Source: Balanoglossus misakiensis | Lineage: Eukaryota > Animalia > Hemichordata | Length of the DNA stretch: 64,000 nt | NCBI GenBank assembly: GCA_040954595.2 | Contig: CM082581.2 | Coordinates: 9,527,878 to 9,591,877, forward strand | Direction of reading: 5' to 3' | Shown: piece after piece, positions 14,901 to 29,172 of the stretch | Layout of the letters: each line of letters starts with the position of its first letter | How positions within the stretch are numbered: position 1 is the stretch's first letter | Made by a program: the position numbers and the translations under genes | The notes under the pieces: generated by a model | Database searches by the model: none | What the model was told of the DNA's origin: nothing | What the model saw: only the letters and a program-made list of their open reading frames with translations

Positions 14901-15569
14901 CGTTGTACAGTTAGTCTATGAAGCAAAGCGAAAATAGGCATTCAGCGAATCTCTTTTTCTCCGTCGCCTATTGGGATGACAATTCCTGTTTTGTTTACTG
15001 AGAATTGGTGATGAATAAACGAAACCATGTTCGCTCGACGATGCGTTGGAACTTTTACAACGCAAAAATAGAGTCATCACGAAATATTGATGAGTTGTCC
15101 ATATATCACCCAATGAACTCAACAAACCGAACGACTCAGGGGGCGCATCGGACTTTTGCGATCGATTTGCTGCTGAGTGTTTCCTATTACCACGTGCTTG
15201 TGCCATTTCAGTGCGCCAACGATCGAAGCGCCTCGGAGGAGTGACTAAAACTTTACGGTCGGGAAACAACGAACGTGTCATGTGAATACTCGATCAGGAA
15301 ACGGGCAATGAATCCGGGAGACACGGTATTCGTGTTCAGACTACACACCACAGTTAACAGCAGCTGTGAGTTTGAGCCTAAGCAAAAGGATGTGCGTTGA
15401 TGTCCGTGGAACGACGGAATATGCCTCACATTGTCATTTCTGCTGGAGTTGTACTTTCGTAATCAATATCAGCGAGGATAAATTATATATTTTAGCGAAT
15501 CTAATTTGAAAAAAATATTCCACTTTCTGAACAAGATTTTATTTTGGAGATAATATGTCGCAAGAGTAA

Positions 15570-16105
15570 GAGCATGTTACCCTTGAACAGCATGACAATC
15601 TATGTAACTTAGTTTCTACGACCTTGACCAAATGAAATAAACCGTAACTTATTACTGAAGCTTGGTCTTGCATGTTTTCAGTACCTTGTAATATAACAGC
15701 ATTTCCGAAAAAAAGGGTGAGAGATATGCCTTTACCCAAACCGACTTCTTTTATACCGGCGTGTTTTCGGTAAAATTAAAATAGAGACGTTAAGCGCTCC
15801 TTTATCCCTTTAAGGCTATTACTTACATTCGTAAGACCCGCGACGGTGTTCTATTACTTGCATTTGTAAGACCAGCGTCAGTATTAATGTCTTAAAAAGT
15901 GATTTACTGCACACCACTAAACTGGAGAACACTCAACGGATTGGTATAGAACGACAAAGACCCGGGAGATCAGCGTGACAGCCGCGCGTTTGTTAGCGGC
16001 TGAACACAACTGATTTGCTGTTAAATGATATTAAAGATTCGATTTCGGTTTATCACATAATGGAACGTGGCGAATGTAACTTCTCAGTCATCTTCCTTGA
16101 TTACT
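15570..16105 (+). mobile_element. Decayed LINE (CR1/L2-like) apurinic endonuclease domain
   Basis: Motifs in the expected order across frames: ITEAW (ITETW), GY / IRKTRDGVLLLAFVR (R.DR..GGGV..YV), KSDL...LE...IGIE, RVC*R (YRPP), GECN (GDFN). Confidence 0.5.
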
Positions 16106-19100
16106 CGCCAAAGAAAGGGAATCTAACACGGTTTTGCGGGAAGAGACTCCAGCTGTAGAAAGGAACCCCCCAAAAAGTCATCACAAGAATATTCTTTTAC
16201 GGGTTTCATTTTACATCACGCGTTTTGTTCGTCGGATGTTTTCACATAGCAACTTTCTGATTTAATGTCTTGGTACATTTTGTTCCTATTAAGTGTATTT
16301 TTATGAATACCGTGTCGATTTTGATGTTTTCCTCGAATTTTTATCCTAGGCATTAAAATATAAGCGACTACTTGGTGGCAGTTTCCACACTCTTGTATAA
16401 TATATAGCCATCGTCGAGTGCTACCAGAAATTTATGATAATAGGACATTGGAAGTGACAAGTAACAAATCTATTCCAGAACATCATCTCCTATACAATCG
16501 GTTTCCATACCATTTCGCCACAGGACGTACATGTATTTTTCAAAGTTTTTCCCGGATGCTTTGGTTTGAAAATCACGTGACATACGTGTAGTCACACTGG
16601 AACAACTGATTCGAAAACCTTGGGATGATTTAACACACAACGCGGCTATGTCGGATATACAATACTGGAACACGCACAACCCATTAACAACTCAACTAAA
16701 TAACATCATCGTTTCAAAGTTCATAAAAAAGTAGCAGCAGCGAATAGCGGTTATTTTTAAAATCAGTTCGGAGAAATCCGATTTCAAACTGTTATACTTG
16801 CCCACATGATCAGTCAGGCCGCACTACATGCCGTATATCGCTTTTCGAAACGGGATTATGGACGTTTACGGAAAGCGCCAAAGATTGTGCCACCTGCCTG
16901 AGACTGTGCGATGATAAATTACTCAATTTAAGAATAATCGCCATATATTTTGTTATTCGGGTTAGAGTTGAATCTATGCCCTATACTAATCTGTTCTTGT
17001 CAGCTGCAGTCCCCCCTTCCCATATAACGATGTCTAATCGCGCTTCTATATATTTGGCATTTCAGAGTGGCAGAAGACATTGTAGGGCGACAGAATCACC
17101 AAGAGCGCTTGTTGCGTCCTCTTTGATATGTTTCTTGTCGCACGACACGATGTAATCACTGTCAAAATGTCGCCCATTGAATCGCTCAGACAATCGGCGA
17201 CAAAGACGTGAAAGTTGGAAAGTTTCATTCGAGCGAGGCGTGTATGGCAAACGGAGGAGGCAAAACGACGTGAAAACTGAAGGTAATTGTCCGCAAAATA
17301 CTCCCCAGCGAGAACCAGTGCGGCCCCCGCAGCAGATTCAAGTCATCATGCAGATTGACAATCTCAGCAGTCCGAATAGGTCACAGGTCTACAGGTGAAA
17401 CTTTGGGTCCACGGCACGGTCGTATCAATTCAACCTAATCCATCTGTACAAGGACTCAATACTTTACTCGTGGACAAAGCCATTCATTCAAGCAGATGGT
17501 TATAAACTATAGGCAGCCGTCAAATTCGCCGTCGTCGACACAGGTGTGGGGAAATGCAGAAAGACTAATATATTTGGATCAAATATGCATAGTTACCATT
17601 TTCACAGTGAGGTTAATGGACACATCTAAGGCACCGCGTATTAAAGCCATCGGCCGAATTTACCCTGAAGATTGTCAAAACCACGAAAAGAATTTTTACA
17701 AGGGGTTATGCCTTACATCAGCTTATTTTCATTTCAATTAGGCCCTTCAAACTTTGCGATTCATCGACTGTGAACCATCCCATTCCAGTTTGATCCTTTT
17801 ATTTCAATATGAATCTCTGTCTACGGCTTTTTAGGTCGGATGCTGTATTTTATTCACAACATTATCAGATGTATAGGCAACCGATGTATTTTTTAATAGG
17901 TTTGTTGTTTCTGCTCTATTCCTTTACTGCCTGTGTAACGCGAAATTCCATCCTTTCTCTCTCAAAGCAGTGGCAACGCGTTCGTATTGACGGGTGTACG
18001 TTTCTTCAGACGGACATTTAAGATCGAAAATTGACTGGAGTAATTTGCAAGAGATATCGCCACCGTTGGCAAGAACGTCGTAGCGTGTCCTTGCCGGCAA
18101 TCCCGCCGTACACATGCATGCGTTCTCGCTTCCTCGTAATTACGGGTAAATGTGCGCCACACGCCAGCGTATTAACCTAAAACATATCGAGTTAAAGCAG
18201 ACGGAATATTCGGTGACGCTCACGCGGCTATACTCTGAAGGCCGGACGTGGATTTAATTCGCGCTTTCCAACCGGGATCCAACTCTGAGGGGAAAATTAC
18301 ATTCACGCCCTCAAGATATGATAGAAACGAAGAAACAGCGGAAACCAAGTATAAGTAATCAATCCTAGCGATGCCCTCGATATCGACGGCGATTTAAAAA
18401 TCGTAATTGTTACCGTCAATGTCCGTCGCATGGTTGTGAAACTGCAAAGCGTGAAAACCGAAAGCAATTCTTCACACCTAGCTTACATGTACGTCACCTA
18501 TTAAACGGGACCTGAGAAACTAACCCGAATTAGAGCATTTATGACAAATCAGTGACCTAGCCTATAAAATATTATTCAGTACATGTCAAACTATCCTAAT
18601 TAAATATGATGTAATTTCACATAGTATTTGTTTTGAAAGTCTTAACGAAGTTTTCGCGTGCAATGGTTGCACATTCAACGTTAAATTTCCACGAGAAAAT
18701 CATCAGCTCAAATTCGACGTAAAGATTGGGTTCGCACAGAATCCCACAGATAGTCATGTGTAGCAGACAACCGCATAACGGAATCTGACTATAATAGGAT
18801 GTTACGCACGGATGCGTAGAATATGAATCCTATCATATCCGGTGTCTACTGAAGCAGAAGGCAAGGCTTTCATTCGATAGTTCATGTAAGGTTACATGGA
18901 ATCTGAATCCAGTGCAGCCTGTCCATTAAAGACCGTCCTCTTTTACAGAATGATTAATATCCGCTGCCGTGCGTGTCAATTATTTTTATCATATTTCATG
19001 TCAAAATTAATTGTAGGGCAATGTTACATGTTGCTACTATACGTAAATAGCGCCTGCCTTTCAAAACCTTTACCAGTAGTTCTCAGTGGGAGACAACAAG

Positions 19101-20504
19101 GTGGGAAAAAATAGAAACCCGTTTCTTTGATCTTTGAGTTTTTACGGATAGAGTCTTAAAGATATTACTTTGGGGGTTTTAATACGTCTTGCGTATGTTC
19201 CGCATACATGTTACGGGTATTTTCTCCACCCGAAAGCTTTAGGTAAGTTGGAAAAAATGCAATCCGAGTTCTAAAGATCTCTACCATGTCTCGAGACGAC
19301 TCACTCTGGTGAGATGAGTGTCTCCATCTGCACGCATGCGCTATACACAACGCAGTGTTGAAGTGGTACTTCCGAAGGCTGTACTACAAATACTGCCACG
19401 CTAATGAGTGCCACAGTGATACAACGACTGAACGGCGTAATGTCACAGCTGCGTTTTCCGTGTTCGAGCAAACCAAGCTCTCCTTTGCCTCATTACTGTA
19501 TATTTTGTCAAACAAACTACAAAGAGACTAGAAACACTGAACTCATCACCCCTGTATGTACGTACACGGATAGTGTATTAGACGAGCAGTAACGCTGGGC
19601 TACGATGACTACGTGACGGTGCAGTGAAAGCGCCCCCTTTTGACTGAGGTACCCGTCTATTTCTTGGTATAACCGGGGTATAACCTACCTTCAATGGGGA
19701 ATAATTTTTGCACAGGTCATATTTTCAACCTTCACTCAAGCTAATTTTCAGCAGACCGACAAAAATTAATAAACGAGGCAACATACTAGTAGCTGACTGA
19801 GCAACTTATGCCATCGCGCCCTCAGTGTTAGATAAGTATATCACTCTGATCGTACAGCAATCTGGCATACTTTCTCTTTTCAGTAAATCCATCGCAAGGG
19901 GTCGCTGTTTTGATCACGACAGCGTTCAATGACAATCTTAAATGCGCCACAAAACCCTTTCTTCTCTCACTGAAGAAGTTTGAAATCGAAATATGTATTG
20001 AGAGAAAATTGTGAACAGATCATGCTTGAAAGTGTGACTAATTTATGGTGTTATCACGAAAAACCTTGGCACAATGTAAAAATGATAAGGATAACCAATA
20101 TCATTTTGCATGACAGTCGTGTTAGTACGAGTGTAAGTAGGACAGTCAAGATTTTCGCATCAAAGCGAGTTCAGGAGGGGGGGAATAATCGTTAGTTACA
20201 CAATGTGATGTACTCGTTAAATAATTTCAGCCGTGGGTAGAACTGATTCTCGCGTTTCTATACCACTGGGTACAGAACTGAAAGATGAAGCGAGTAAGCA
20301 CAAGAAAAGGCTTTCGGCATGAATCACATCAACTGGAAGCAGATCTGCACATCTCCATCTGCTCTGAGATTTCAATTCTTCCAACTCCCAGTTCTTCCAA
20401 CTTTCTTCGCTTTGCCTCTAAATGTCCACAGGCAGTGTATATGCACAGGGAGACGGAGACAGTGTACGCGAGCCTCCCTTTTTACGAGTTCCTTTAGTAA
20501 CCTT

Positions 20505-20823
20505 TTAAGGAAGAATGTGCCTCGAAAATCAGTCTTAAACTTTCTCTCATACATGTATTTAGTTTAAGTCAACTTTAGGATATTCTCTCTAAAAATTGAG
20601 AATAAAAATGGGGTTCACCTCGCAAAATTTTTAATGGGAGGGCAAAATTGTATCAGATTCAAAATTCAAAATGGCCGCCAATCTCTGTGTTAAGCCTATG
20701 GAGAAAATTTAAAGTCGCGATTTTCCTGAACACCCACACGCTTTATAACAAATAATTGAAAGGTCTAAAGGATTATAATTTTATTTGATATCTGTCCCCG
20801 ACGGGCGTACATGTAATATTTAA
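20505..20823 (+). mobile_element. ~320-bp interspersed repeat flanked by TTAA (non-autonomous DNA transposon/MITE-like), copy 1
   Basis: Core aaaattgagaataaaaatgggg...gcaaaattgtatcagattcaaaattcaaaatggccgccaatctc...atggagaaaa is shared with 61875-62003 (reverse strand) and partly with 49743-49885. TTAA at 20505-20508 and 20820-20823. Confidence 0.7.
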
Positions 20824-20924
20824 CCCTACGTTTAGCTTACTTCTGTGATCATGATATCGCTTTTTGCTTCGAAGTGAAAATGCCTGTTAACCTATTATTT
20901 CTTTATCACTTGACTTCACTGGAA

Positions 20925-20942
20925 ACACACACACACACACAC
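20925..20942. repeat. (AC)9 microsatellite
   Basis: Read directly from the sequence. Confidence 0.9.
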
Positions 20943-23900
20943 TAATCTTGCTTGCGATAATCATACAAATGGTGATTTCTTAAATTTTAAGGAATTATTA
21001 ACAATTTATCACACAGCGGTCAGAGGGTTAACACCATACTCTTGAGTTACACAGCATTATTTGACAACCAACGATTTCAAGTTGTGTGTACCTGTACATG
21101 TCACACTATTGGAAATCCCGGTGCCATATGGACAAGGTCACGAAAGTACATTGAACGACAGAGCGGGAACGGCACACACACTAACGTATAATTCCAATAC
21201 AAAATCCCCTGGAGAGTCATTATACCTTTTAATCTGAACTCAACCCTTTTAGTAAGACGAGAGGTTTAAGACGTTTGCAAAGTGTCGTATGCAACAATGC
21301 AAACATGCGTTGATGCACCCAACATTCAAAGCTTCCACGAAGCTTGCTGTTCCAGAATGGATACTTCCAGAGATGTGTATATGAAGTAAATTATTAGTGT
21401 ACTGCAGAAAATCCTTTCCCTGCCGCCAGTAAATTCAAACTGTTAATATTTCCTGGGGTATATGGTCATGACAAAAGGAAAATTAGTCCCTATTGATGGG
21501 GTTTTATCGGAAAAGTCCGTCAATATTTCATGTTTGTGCATATTTCATACCAGCACATGTCGCCATGATCATGAATAAAGAATTACACCAACGTTAAATG
21601 AGATATCATTTTTCTTCCGCAACGTACATTCCTGTATTCGCCAAATATATGCAGCGTAAACAATGTATGCGCAGAATATCAGCTACTCTACACTCAATGT
21701 ACATTTGTGTATTTCGCGACCCTGATTCAATGTATATCACCGTACGGCCACAGTGGGTACCAAATTAATCTCAGTAGCCGAATTATCGGTAGTCAAGGTG
21801 AATTGCATCTAATCTGTACGGCAGCTGTAGGGGGACCTTCTAGACATGTATCAGGATTCAATCTTAAATATTGATATTTTACCTTTGATATTTGAATGTA
21901 GGCAAAAATGATGCCTCAGAAGGATTAAGTTGCTTCAAAACCGTCTCCAAACATGGGGTGCAGAATAGCAGTTAGGCGAGGTTTAGAAATGGCAGTGAAT
22001 AGGCCTATACACAGTGAATACATAGATTTTCCAAAAACACACATGAACAGTAAATTAAATGTTGCAAATTCGCGATAGATGGTATTTTAGGATTTCACCC
22101 GGAGAATACTGCAAGATAATATTATTTCGCCAATTCTATTCTATAGACTAGTTGACGGTGGACGTCTGTTGCACGTTTTAAGTAACCTAACATGACCCGT
22201 TATACGTATCGGTATATAGAGTGTTCATGTTTATTCATAATCACATACATGAGCACAGTCGTAACACGGAATTTTGTGAGTGGGTCAAATGGCTTTCCCT
22301 TCACTCCGATAATGGCGGAGATTATACCGCAAAGTATAATTGGGCGCGGTTTTATCGGCAAGGGGCGATCTTCCAAACAGAAGGCACCGTACGCTAAAAA
22401 TCCTTTAAATGTCTCAATAGAGCTACTTTCGAGTAGCAAATGCCAAATAGCCGATAGGAAGATTAAAGTTTCTAATCCTTTTACCACTTAAGAGGGCCAA
22501 CATTTCTACTTTAGATTGACCTAACAGGAACTCCAGAAGGAAGAAAAAGTGACATCTAAGCGATACATGTTCATTTGCTATGCTTATTCGGGGAAGGGGG
22601 GGGGGGGGTCAAAGTCCTGTGAAATGTAACACTCGGGTGCATACATGTACGACCTGTAGACCAGCGTTTGATTTACTATTTCAAAGTACCTTAATGAGCT
22701 TAGGGTCTCGAAAAGGTGACAATGCATGGTTTTGAAATTTAACAACGTCAGGTACGAATTATTTAAATTCTTTTTGTATTTTCCACCTTTTAGAGTCTTT
22801 TCCTGTAAAAACTCATTTTACATCATGTTGCTGGACTCCCCAGGAATCGAGTATGCAATTACTATAGCAATCAGTCACTCTGTATGTTTCCCAATGTATT
22901 GTCAAACTTTCCAGGGAAATTGTTTCCCCATCGCGATAATTCCATCAAAGATCTGAGCTAGGGGGGGCTATGCCATATCGAATGTGTTATTAAAGACCCC
23001 ATAGCTGCTTTACATTTCTGCAGGGTATGTCTCTTTATCGCTTATAGCTTTGGGGAATGTGTTCATTATTTTTGTTAGAAATTTAAATGTCTCTCTGGCC
23101 TGTTCCACTGCTTTAATCCATGGTTTGAACTTGATGGACATTATATTGTATGTCACTTACATTTGGTGGTTTTTGCCCTTAAAATATGCCACCTGAGCTG
23201 CAGCAAACACAGAACATTATAAGACGGGGCCAATACGTGTGTGTGCTCACCTAATTAATAATTCATGTACATGTGCTAATATCTTCAACTTTGCATTTCA
23301 ATCGTGATTGCTTACGGACACTGCCTTATCGCCAATGGTCTTTAAAAAAATTACCTGCCTGTCCCGAGCGTGATATTAAGAACATAGTAGTATTTGCTTT
23401 GACGCTGTCTCTCAAACATAAAATAGTTATTATTCACGAATTCTCGCGATTATTTAACCGTGTATTCTCGTTCGTAGTGCCATACACCGCTCTTAAATTG
23501 CTGATGGTGATATCATTTCTAGAGAACTAAAGCTAGGCGTCAATACAAAGCATGTGCACACAAGAATGCTACATGGGTGAATGAGGACCTCTAAGGAAAA
23601 CTGTACTGTAATAAACCACTCTGTACTTTATTCCTTATTATTTTCCAGTATTCCGTGAATTGCGCAACCCACTAGCATTGAACGCCCGAAGAGCCATTAG
23701 CGGATACCCCTGCGATATATCAATGTCCGTTTTTACTATGTTTCCATTTTTTTCTTCTGTATCATTGAAGAAAGAAGGAAATGTGAAGTTGATGGGATAA
23801 TCCACAGAGTGGGGGTACATTCTTAGCGGATGGCATCATCATCTAAATGCTTTCGACATCTTCATCGAAGAGGCAAAGCTCTACCCTGTGTGTCACATAC

Positions 23901-24826
23901 ACCTGCTCGGGATACATCGTGATTTCCGCCCATTTAAAATATCCCGTGCCTTTCAAGAAAATAATAGTTTAGTTCTTGGGTGATGATGCAACTCTGCTAC
24001 TTTATATTGTGTAGAATAAAATCCTCTGCGGAAAACAAAGTTACGGTTCTCAAAATTATTCCACGTCTTGCATCGCAAATAATGTTCGAACTACACGTGT
24101 CATGTATGAGGAATTTAAAAAAAAAACGTCACATGACAACTTGAAGGTAAACTTCTTGCATTTGCGATCTGAAAGATTCACACAGACCCTACTTTTCTAT
24201 AATCACACGACCATACACGATAGCGAAAAAAGGGAAGGACGTTTTGCGTACTTCGGAAAAGATTAAATCCCGGAACTGGCCTATAAATTAAACACCGGTC
24301 CATTTACCCCACGATTTGTGGATTTTAAAATTCAATTACTGATTCAGCCATGCATTACGAATGGCATTATATTGTGTGTCATGTTTTCGTTTTGGATGTT
24401 TTAACTACACTGTTCCGCGTTGCCAAACGAACTATAAAAGCAACGTTTACTTTAGCTTATGGATATCGAAGTGATATGATGAATTGTCATACATTTATGC
24501 TAAGTGCTATACGTTGAGAAGGATTAGCACATTTTTTCCTGCTTCATTTCGCCACCTGACGCATTTATATACATTTTTTCTCGTGAAGTTGAATAGTTTG
24601 CGCTTCCCACAGATCACAGTTAGTGGAAACCTTCTGAGCGCTTTCAGGCATTATTTACTCAGCGGTTTTATGGACTTTTACATCTCCTCCATAAAATCTG
24701 GTTTTACGGAAGGCTGGGATATGTTCAAATTGGGCCATCACGATGCTCTCTTTAGCAGCCCCTAACGCTGGCGTCAATAAAGGATTCGTACATGTCGTTT
24801 TTATGGTGGGATATGCAGAAACAAAC

Positions 24827-24850
24827 GACAGACAGACAGACAGACAGACA
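24827..24850. repeat. (GACA)6 microsatellite
   Basis: Read directly from the sequence. Confidence 0.9.
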
Positions 24851-26755
24851 GTAGTACATCATTAATGCACTATAAAATGCCTCGCTCCAAAGTACTTTCA
24901 ACCAACATGTAGTGAAAACAACACAGAAGTAAACAACGGGAACAACTCCCCTAGCCCAGTGGCTTTCCTAGTTGCGGTGGTGACCAGAAATAACAGCCAA
25001 ACAAGGGAAGCGATCAAGGGAGATGTTATTAATCACGAAAAACTACCCATTTCTGCCTGGGAGACCTTGATTGTGACACGTAAATATAACCTACGGCTTC
25101 CTCGCAGATGAAACATTGACGTCAGTACCGGTACCGGTGACGGATGTGGGCTGAATTCACGTGTAAACAAGCATGCTTGGGTTTCGACGACAAATATTGC
25201 GGACGTCACGACTCACCTGGCCAATTTTTTTGTTGTTTACAAGTTGCAAAAGGATATCTAAAAATGGGTCAAGGGGTGAAAAGAGCAAAAAGGGCGATCA
25301 CATTCCCGACTTACTTACAGGCAAGAGTAACCGACGCACAGACTTGGCGCAACACGATTTTTCGGAGTTTTTAACGCTGTCGTTGAAGAGAAGGGGAGTG
25401 GTTTGAATAAGATACTAACTTTTAGAATTTAAGTTCTTTTGAATGACTAATAATACCGCAAATGCGGTTACGGATCAAACGTGTCCACTTTCCGGTTTTG
25501 ATTAAAATAACAAATCAAAGTAAATTACGGATGCACTCATATCGCTTAAGTCGTGCATGAAACATGCAGTGCTAATTACTTAATACCATCTATCACTGAA
25601 AGAAGAATTGTGCATAGCTTTAACATTTGGGCCAGAATAGATACGAAAAACTAGCCTAGATAACTTTGAGAATAAGCATTATAACTAGGACATGGGACAA
25701 AAGTATGAGCGCCGACGCTAACCTTAGGCTGGCATATTGTCCCTAATTGAGAGTATGTGTACTGTAATTGGGAAGTCTACTCATGGAGTCGTTAAATGCG
25801 TGGCAACATTGTGAAATGGATTAAAGCCCAAAGTTGTTCTTCAAGGGCTACAACGGTAATTGAAGAGGAATAGTAGAGGGTACAATCAAATGTATGTAGC
25901 ATTTATTTCATATGTTTGTTTTAAATGCTGAATTAGTCTAATTAGGTTAAAGTAGGTATAGGCTGATGGCAAGTATCAAAGTTATAGGGCGATATACTAG
26001 TAGTACATGTATACGCGGACGCACGCACATGGCCCTTGATCTTATAATCCAATGCAGCGCATCACTTCATTGTGCATTCAATCAGCGAGGTGTGGTTTTT
26101 AAGCTGGCCTAACGGGGATATTGATCGGGAGAGTCCGGCGACTTGGTCATGGCCAAGGTACAGATTAATTTTAGTAAACAAAAAGATTACCAACCGCAAA
26201 AAAATGGGGTAGCCTATAACTCGGGGGAAGAACTGATTTAGTTCTTCACTTGTGAAATATTGGATCTAGGGCGTTGGGATTCAGATACACATGTACAGTA
26301 TAGCACGCGATGTGCAACGGTTGGAGTCGGTTTAGAAGAACGAACTTGAAACTAATATACTCAGTATACCTATAGGAAGAGATAAGACAAATAAGTGCTT
26401 AGGCACATAACTACATAAACTTTAATGAACCCCCCTGAGGATATTGCGGTCTTTACTTCTTAATAAATGCTTGTATATAGCTCCATTTCAAAGGCGAATA
26501 ATATCGTCTTCGACAATCGTAAAACATTCATAGACAGCGGAACGAGCGGACATGACTGCCCGTTAGAGTGACAACCTCCCGGCGTGTGAGCGTCACACTG
26601 GATGGCATTGTGCTCATGTAAAAAATGTGAATTTAATCTTTGAAAAGCCTTGTGCGGTGGTTACGTCGGTTATAGTCACAGCTAAATCCATGAGACGGTT
26701 TTAATATCACGCATAAGTTTGCGGGATTACCGCTTCCTCTCGGCTGCCTTCCACT

Positions 26756-26779
26756 TCTCTCTCTCTCTCTCGCTCTCTC
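26756..26779. repeat. Imperfect (TC)n microsatellite
   Basis: tctctctctctctctcgctctctc. Confidence 0.85.
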
Positions 26780-28856
26780 AAATGCCCAGTCAGAAGATTC
26801 TACTGTCCTTGAAGTAAGAAAACCCATTTCGCTGATGGATAAATCAGTTTCTATGGCAGCCAGTAAAACGCTTGCGTCAGAGCACATCCGAACGTGTTAT
26901 GCCTCTCTCGCAGCATATGGGTCGACCGTCGTCAACACAAACGAGGGCCAGTAATTCGTTCCAGTCAATTAGGTAACTTTCCATTTGAAGAGGCAAAAAA
27001 TTGACCAAGGTTTGTAAATGAAAAGTCTCAGTAAATGAACAATAACTTGAGATCGGTGCAGCTGATCCTGTATACGGGAAAATTGAACGTGTTAAACGTA
27101 TTGCCACTTCTTTTGTAAATGGATCTTGCGCGGATGCAAAGCACGAAATTTTACGTTTAATACCGGATGGAAAGTGAGTTCATCACGGAGAAAATCAATT
27201 TTCATGACCTACATGTACTGTAAAGGACCCAGTTTAAAAATTGGTTGGTAATCTAATATATACGTAAATATGGTTATGAGATTTTAAAGATGCAAATGTG
27301 GCTTAAAATTGTCCAGGAGTGGCTCAACTGTTCTCGTTCAATATGCCTGTAAACGTGTTACTGGGATTATAATAAGCCAGATAACGAGACTGCGTGTCAT
27401 CCACATTGCCACAACTTCAATAAGGGGTTGGGCTACCCAGCTATATGTTAAAGAGCTTTGTTAATTATTTAATGTGGATTTAAAATGACAATATATGCGA
27501 AGTACAGTTCTCCAATCTTTGTGTTTATGTGTATCGAAGTTCAGTGCATTTATTCGTTTGTGCACATTAAATTATCACACACTGGGATTCACGTCCCTGC
27601 GTAATTCTATGGCGGAAAGCGCCCCCTACATCCGTGATTTTGAACGTATGATCATGCCCGGTCACGGTTGCCCAAATATGGTCATTTACATCCGTCATTT
27701 CATTTCTGGAATATTCTTGTTGCCCTTGCTAACCGCGTTGCTATCCGCAAACGTTCCGTTTGTACACCACACAGCGCGAGATTCAAACTCACCCACTATT
27801 AAGTTCTTCCATCGTAGCCACCCTGAAAGCCGGCGTAAAGTTTAATTCTTTTTTCCCCAAAAAGGCGTTTGAAACGAATGAATGACAAGGTGGTCCCTGA
27901 ATGTTTTGCTGAGGAAGTATATCATTGCCCGTAAAAGAACACTGCAACGACGGTGAACTATAGTACAAGCTCTTTTGGCAAAACAAATGACGTCATATAC
28001 ATGTATGCACATTATCCGCTAGGGGACATGGGTGCGGTCTTTGCTTGTCGAACAATCGAAGCAAACGGCGATAAATGTTCGATTTGGAACATATTATTGT
28101 CCTCAAAATGTTACAGATCGTTAGTTTAACAATCGACCATACAGCTTTCACTGGTTGGTTTGATAATACTGTGCTATTTAGTTTCCAACTAGGTACAGTT
28201 GTATGGTATATATACCCAGAACAAAGCCAGCATACACACGGATAAAAGGTTTCATCCTACTTTGGTCAATTCATTTTTTTTTTTACAAAAATCAGTTCTT
28301 GGGCATTTATAGCCGATATTATTATTCTGGGGGGGGATATGCACAAACACAGTCTTCAGCAAAATGCTCTAACTCTTTGCAGACTCCAAATATATAATTC
28401 AAACCATCTGCAAACAAACAGCCAAGCGTATAAAACAATCATCACAGCCGGCTCAAACATGAAATGCCCGGCTATTGTGCAGAGCGGGTTGAAAAAAATT
28501 CTGCTACACTGAAGACGCAATTCAAGCAAAATAAACCAGTCAAAACATTTCATAATGCCTAAATAATTTATTACGCTCAGCTAACTATTTTTTTTTCTTC
28601 AATATATTGGGTTCACGTGGTCTCCGTAAGAGAAATTACCCGATTGTTCTGTGATCCAGTCGCCGGGTAAATCGACCAATGAAAGGCTTGCAGGGGTTTT
28701 AATCATATGCGGAATAATTGCATACAAGGTATTCAGTATATGAACCCAAAGCACAGCGAGGCAGAGATGAGCCCGACATTTCACTGACAGTATCAGACAC
28801 TCTGTCCGAGTAGTTTGTTACACCTGCTCCGTTTTTTTTTCTGGAGTGAATCGAAA

Positions 28857-29172
28857 ATGGAATCGCACTTCAATGTCACCGTGGAGCCGACAAACGTGTC
28901 TCATCACAACGTCACCTTTCAGCAGGCTTTCCGGATGCCTTCCGAGATCCTCGCCGTGGTCACGCTGTTCTACGTGCTGATCTTCATCTTCGGGGTGCTG
29001 GGCAACTTTCTGGTGATCTTCGTGGTCTGCCGCAACCGCGACATGAGAACGTCGACCAACTACTTTCTGGTCAACCTCAGCGTGGCCGATTTGCTGGTGT
29101 TGGTGATCTGCATGCCGGTGGCGCTGCTTGAGACTTACATTGTGGAGACCTGGGTACTTGGCGAAGTGATGT
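28857..29172 (+). CDS. Coding exon 1 of a class A (rhodopsin-like) neuropeptide GPCR, ETHR-like / GHSR-NMUR-TRHR group (N-terminus, TM1, TM2, ECL1)
   Basis: ATG at 28857 in good Kozak context (gaaaATGG). Translation MESHFNVT...FGVLGNFLVIFVV...MRTSTNYFLVNLSVADLLVL...WVLGEVMC has TM1 GN, TM2 NLSVADL and ECL1 WxxG..C motifs and three N-glycosylation sequons (N6, N13, N18). Strong GC3 bias against the flanks. Ends at donor T|GTAAGT. Confidence 0.95.

Noticed and set aside
14900-15371. CpG-rich segment ending in a donor-like ct|GTGAGT, as a non-coding first exon of the GPCR
   Set aside because: Plausible, but cannot be supported without transcript data.
23039-23096. Weak similarity (gctttggggaat...aaatgt) to ~60683-60735 on the reverse strand
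   Set aside because: Short and diverged. It may be an old repeat, but I cannot delimit it by eye.
27988-27995. CRE (TGACGTCA) ~860 nt upstream of the ATG; also scattered GTCACGTGAC E-boxes and an E2F-like tttggcgggaaaa near base 30
   Set aside because: Similar motifs recur across the window, so single sites carry little information.
28815-28856. N-terminal extension MLHLLRFFFWSESK from the ORF track; also 48528-48561 before exon 2
   Set aside because: Non-ATG start or intronic polypyrimidine tract. The ATG at 28857 and the acceptor at 48561 fit better.
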